From positions 1,580 to 41,413 of the forward strand of contig CAYXSE010000001.1 of NCBI GenBank assembly GCA_964466675.1: a stretch of DNA of 39,834 nt. The letters are read 5' to 3'. The position numbers and the translations under genes are program-made. This stretch comes from an uncultured Rhodothermales bacterium (GTDB taxonomy: Bacteria > Bacteroidota > Rhodothermia > Rhodothermales > UBA10348). Position 1 is the first letter of the stretch; every line of letters begins with the position of its first letter. Below, piece after piece: positions 36,766 to 39,834 of the stretch. A model generated the notes under the pieces. The model ran no database searches, had not been told where the DNA came from, and was given only the letters and a program-made list of their open reading frames with translations.

Positions 36766-36999
36766 ATGGGCACAAGATTCTTTGCTGCCGCTCGACTCAC
36801 GGCGATCACGGCCGGGATTCTGATGGTTTTGGACGCCATTTCGCCGCCGGCTCGCGCTCAAGAGATCACGGCTCTGGAGATCATGGAGCGTGCCGATGCT
36901 CGGAGGCGTGGAGAGAGCCAGCAGGGCACTTACGAGATGACGATTGTTCGCCCCGCCAGACTTTTCGCAGGGGATCTCACGAACCTGGGAAAATGGTAG
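36766..36999 (+). pseudogene. N-terminal fragment of an outer-membrane lipoprotein-sorting (LolA-like) protein
   Basis: Signal peptide, then QEITALEIMERADARRRGESQQGTYEMTIVRP, matching the family N-terminus as I recall it. Similarity is lost after IVRP and the ORF stops at 77 aa. Confidence 0.6.
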
Positions 37000-37125
37000 G
37001 TGGCCTGGACCTCGTCCGACTTGCAAGCCGCAGTGAGTGGCTATGTGTTTCTTGGTGCGTCGACCTCGGAATTCGGGGCGGTTGGTCGTGTTGGTTTCCT
37101 GTCCCTGCAGTACTTCGGTTAGCGC

Positions 37126-38091
37126 GTGAGTAATACTCCTCAAAAGGAAGTCACCTGCGTTAAGTCGCCCGCTTCGGGCCGTGACCTTCAGCGCCGGATG
37201 ATGATCGCCAGCCTCGTGGTGGCCGTCGTCATGCTGGTTGGAAAGTCGGCCGCTTATCTGATTACGGGAAGCGCCGCCATCTTTTCGGACGCCATGGAGT
37301 CGGTCGTCCACCTGTTCGCTACCAGTTTCGCAGCGTTCAGCCTCTGGTATGCGTTCCGCCCCGCGGACAAGGATCACCCCTACGGTCATGGGAAGATTGC
37401 CTATTTCTCAAGCGGGTTCGAGGGTGGCTTAATTCTACTGGCCGCCGGGACCATCGTGTACTCGGCGGTTCAGGACCTGATACGCGGGCCCGAACTGCAG
37501 CAACTCGGAATCGGTCTGATCATCACCGGCGCCCTCGCTTTGGTGAATCTGGTCCTCGGGCTGGCACTGATTCGGGTAGGCCGCCAAGAGGGGTCCATCG
37601 TGGTCGAGTCGAATGGCCAGCATGTCCTGACCGATATGTGGACCAGTCTGGGCGTTTTGGTTGGTATAGGGCTCGTCCAGTGGACGGGAATCCTGTGGGT
37701 AGATCCGGTTACGGCGATTTTTGTGGCAACCAATATCATCTGGACGGCGGTCAGCCTCATCCGTAAATCGATTTCGGGGCTCATGGAGACGGCAGACCCC
37801 GAGGATTTGTTAGCCTTGCACGAGGTCCTGGATGCGGCCGTTTCCGCCGGGGACGCAGTGGGCTGGCATGAATTGCGCTATCGGCGGGTTAACAAACAGG
37901 TTTGGGTAGAATACCATCTCCTGTTTCCGGATCTGCTCACCGTCAGCGAGGCCCACGAGCGCGGGCACCGGGTGGATCGTGCGGTTCGGACGTTGTTTCC
38001 AGGCTCAGAAGTTGTGGTCACAGCGCATTTCGAGCCGGGATCAGAACACGATACGGCCCATCCTCACGGACACGAGGCGCTCGGAGCCTAG
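37126..38091 (+). CDS. Cation diffusion facilitator (FieF-like) transporter
   Basis: TGSAAIFSDAMES, PADKDHPYGHGKIAY, HVLTDMWTS, VSEAHE, VTAHFEP; His-rich tail. Confidence 0.93.
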   Translation: MSNTPQKEVTCVKSPASGRDLQRRMMIASLVVAVVMLVGKSAAYLITGSAAIFSDAMESVVHLFATSFAAFSLWYAFRPADKDHPYGHGKIAYFSSGFEGGLILLAAGTIVYSAVQDLIRGPELQQLGIGLIITGALALVNLVLGLALIRVGRQEGSIVVESNGQHVLTDMWTSLGVLVGIGLVQWTGILWVDPVTAIFVATNIIWTAVSLIRKSISGLMETADPEDLLALHEVLDAAVSAGDAVGWHELRYRRVNKQVWVEYHLLFPDLLTVSEAHERGHRVDRAVRTLFPGSEVVVTAHFEPGSEHDTAHPHGHEALGA

Positions 38092-38309
38092 CAGCCTTTC
38101 CACTCCGGGATCAGCTCTTCCTGCAGGCGTGGTCCAGCCACGCGAGCCCACCACGGAGGGGGACTTGAAGAGAAGAGTCCGGGCCATACATACGCACTCA
38201 TGCCGCCGCCCGCCCCGGATCCTACAATGCATAAGTCGTAGGGATCGGAGGATTGTATGAAGGGCATGCTTGGGGCTGTAGGTTCGTCCTGGCCACGGTA
38301 ACTTGCTCC

Positions 38310-39683
38310 GTGACCTCACAACGGATAATAGTGATCGGCGGAGTGGCAGCGGGACCCGCGGCGGCTGTCCAGGCGAAGCGAATCGACCCCGGCGCGGACG
38401 TGCTGATGTTCGAAGAAGGACGAGATGTGTCCTATGGTGCCTGCGAGATGCCGTATCTGCTAGGAGGAGCCGTCGCGTCACCGGACGACCTCGTGACTCT
38501 CTCGGCGGATGAGCTCAAGTCGTCCCGCGGTGTACAAACGAGGACGCTACACCGCGTCGAAGCCATCGACGTCGGCCGAAGGCGCTTGAGGGTACGTGAT
38601 CTGGTTTCCGATCAAGCGCGCGACGAGAGATTCGACAAGCTCATCCTGGCAACCGGAGCAAGGGTAGCCTGGCCGGAGATCGACGGGATGGGCGGAGACC
38701 GAATCCACCAGTTCAGGACGCTGGGCGATGCCCAAGTGGTGTCCGCGCGGGCCGCCGAGGCCAAGCAGCGCTGGGTTGTGATTGGCGGCGGATTCGTGGG
38801 GCTGGAGGTCGCCGACCAACTGGCCGAGAGCGGCCACCGCGTCACCGTTCTCGCGCCCGGCGGGCTATTGGCGGGCCGTCTTGGCGCGACGCTCACTCGG
38901 GTTGTGGAAGGGGCGCTAGCCTCCAGAGGCGTCGCTCTTCGGCAGGTACGGGCGATTGGTCTTCGACACGAGGCGCCGGGGGCGCCCATCGCTGTCCGGA
39001 CCGACGACGGACAGGTGATCGGCGCGGATAGAGTGATCATTGCCACCGGAACACGGCCGAATTCTGAACTCGCGGCGACTGCAGGGCTCAAAATTGGCGT
39101 GACCGGCGGGGTGAAGACTGACGATGGCATGCGGACCTCGGTGTCCGTGGTGTGGGCCTGCGGCGATTGCGTAGAAAGCAGGCATATGGTCAGCAATGCA
39201 CCGGCGTATGTGCCGCTTTCACCCCTGGCGTTTCGAACGGGACGGGTGGCGGGCCAGAACGCGGCGAGACGCGGAAGGCAGGCCCGGGGTCGGTTTGAAG
39301 GCACCGTCGGGGCGTTCGGTCTGAAGGTGGCCGGCCTCGAGGTGGCGCTGGCCGGGCTGTCGGAACACGCGGCTCGAGAGAGTGGGTTCGATCCCGTTTC
39401 GGTCTCCATTGTGCAAGGCAGCAAGGCTTCCAACATGCCGGGGCGAGCGCGGGTGCGGGTGAGCCTCATCGTGGACAGGAAGACCCGCCGTTTGTTGGGT
39501 GGGCAGATGGTCGGAGTGGAAGGTGCAGCCCAACGGGTGAACGTACTCGTGCCTCTCCTTCGGACGGGAGGCACAATTGATGACCTCCACGAGTTGGACC
39601 TGATGTACTCGCCTCCTTTGTCGCCGAGCCATGATCCATTAATCATTGCAGCGCGGGCCGCCCAGAAGAGTCTGGACCGATGA
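38310..39683 (+). CDS. CoA-disulfide reductase / NADH oxidase-family flavoprotein
   Basis: IIVIGGVAAG, SYGACEMPY (single redox Cys), LILATGA, VIGGGFVGLE, WACGDC, LDLMYSPPLS. Start reassigned to GTG 38310. Confidence 0.9.
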   Translation: MTSQRIIVIGGVAAGPAAAVQAKRIDPGADVLMFEEGRDVSYGACEMPYLLGGAVASPDDLVTLSADELKSSRGVQTRTLHRVEAIDVGRRRLRVRDLVSDQARDERFDKLILATGARVAWPEIDGMGGDRIHQFRTLGDAQVVSARAAEAKQRWVVIGGGFVGLEVADQLAESGHRVTVLAPGGLLAGRLGATLTRVVEGALASRGVALRQVRAIGLRHEAPGAPIAVRTDDGQVIGADRVIIATGTRPNSELAATAGLKIGVTGGVKTDDGMRTSVSVVWACGDCVESRHMVSNAPAYVPLSPLAFRTGRVAGQNAARRGRQARGRFEGTVGAFGLKVAGLEVALAGLSEHAARESGFDPVSVSIVQGSKASNMPGRARVRVSLIVDRKTRRLLGGQMVGVEGAAQRVNVLVPLLRTGGTIDDLHELDLMYSPPLSPSHDPLIIAARAAQKSLDR

Positions 39684-39834
39684 TCGCCGCTGACATATTC
39701 CCAAAGTAGATTTGACCCAGTCCCGAAAGGCTCCCACAAGCGTCCAGAGCCGTGTTGAAGCGGTTCGAAGACTCATTCGAGTGAATGAGGATGGTGCCTT
39801 TGCCAGCCTCGTCGGCCGTACCGCTTCAGATCCG

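Noticed and set aside
36667-37389. 492-aa ORF 35911..37389 read as one long Mce fusion
   Set aside because: The N-terminal 241 aa are antisense to the CDF gene and the LolA-like fragment and do not look protein-like; Mce homology begins at ATG 36666.
38612-39739. Long alternative-frame or antisense ORFs (also 27491..28573, 25388..26416, 16835..17614, 3359..4051, 31266..31982)
   Set aside because: They are shadows of well-supported genes in high-GC DNA, with low-complexity Arg/Pro/Ser/Ala-rich composition and no motifs.
39684-39834. 3' end of a minus-strand gene entering from the right edge
   Set aside because: Two minus frames are briefly open, but the sequence is too short to choose a frame or assign a product.

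Overview
GC-rich bacterial chromosomal segment. Several T9SS C-terminal sorting domains, a PorV-like barrel, many lipoproteins and an LDH-like malate dehydrogenase point to the FCB group, most likely Rhodothermota (inference). I found about 28 CDS, and no rRNA, tRNA, CRISPR array or mobile element. The main feature is a co-oriented 7-gene minus-strand cluster (894-15137), partly translationally coupled. In transcription order it encodes: a large secreted protein with a variant T9SS-like CTD; a 1316-aa T9SS cargo made of two ~600-aa copies of an OB-fold/Ig-like module; an FN3-like lipoprotein; a TonB-dependent receptor; a PorV-like barrel; an NHL/beta-propeller lipoprotein; and a T9SS-secreted DNase I-like (EEP) enzyme. 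It resembles a SusD-less, T9SS-coupled nutrient capture locus, plausibly for extracellular nucleic acid. The rest is mostly housekeeping or accessory: mdh, FKBP, a histidine kinase, a DnaQ-GIY-YIG fusion, a mosaic T9SS adhesin-like protein, ATP-grasp, glgA, an M14 peptidase, a CBM48-like protein, spmAB, a NadR-like ATPase, a subtilase with a (xxLERY)4 insert, GH18, an extended mce, a truncated LolA-like gene, a CDF transporter and a CoA-disulfide reductase-like enzyme. All family calls come from motif recognition by eye; no database searches were run.
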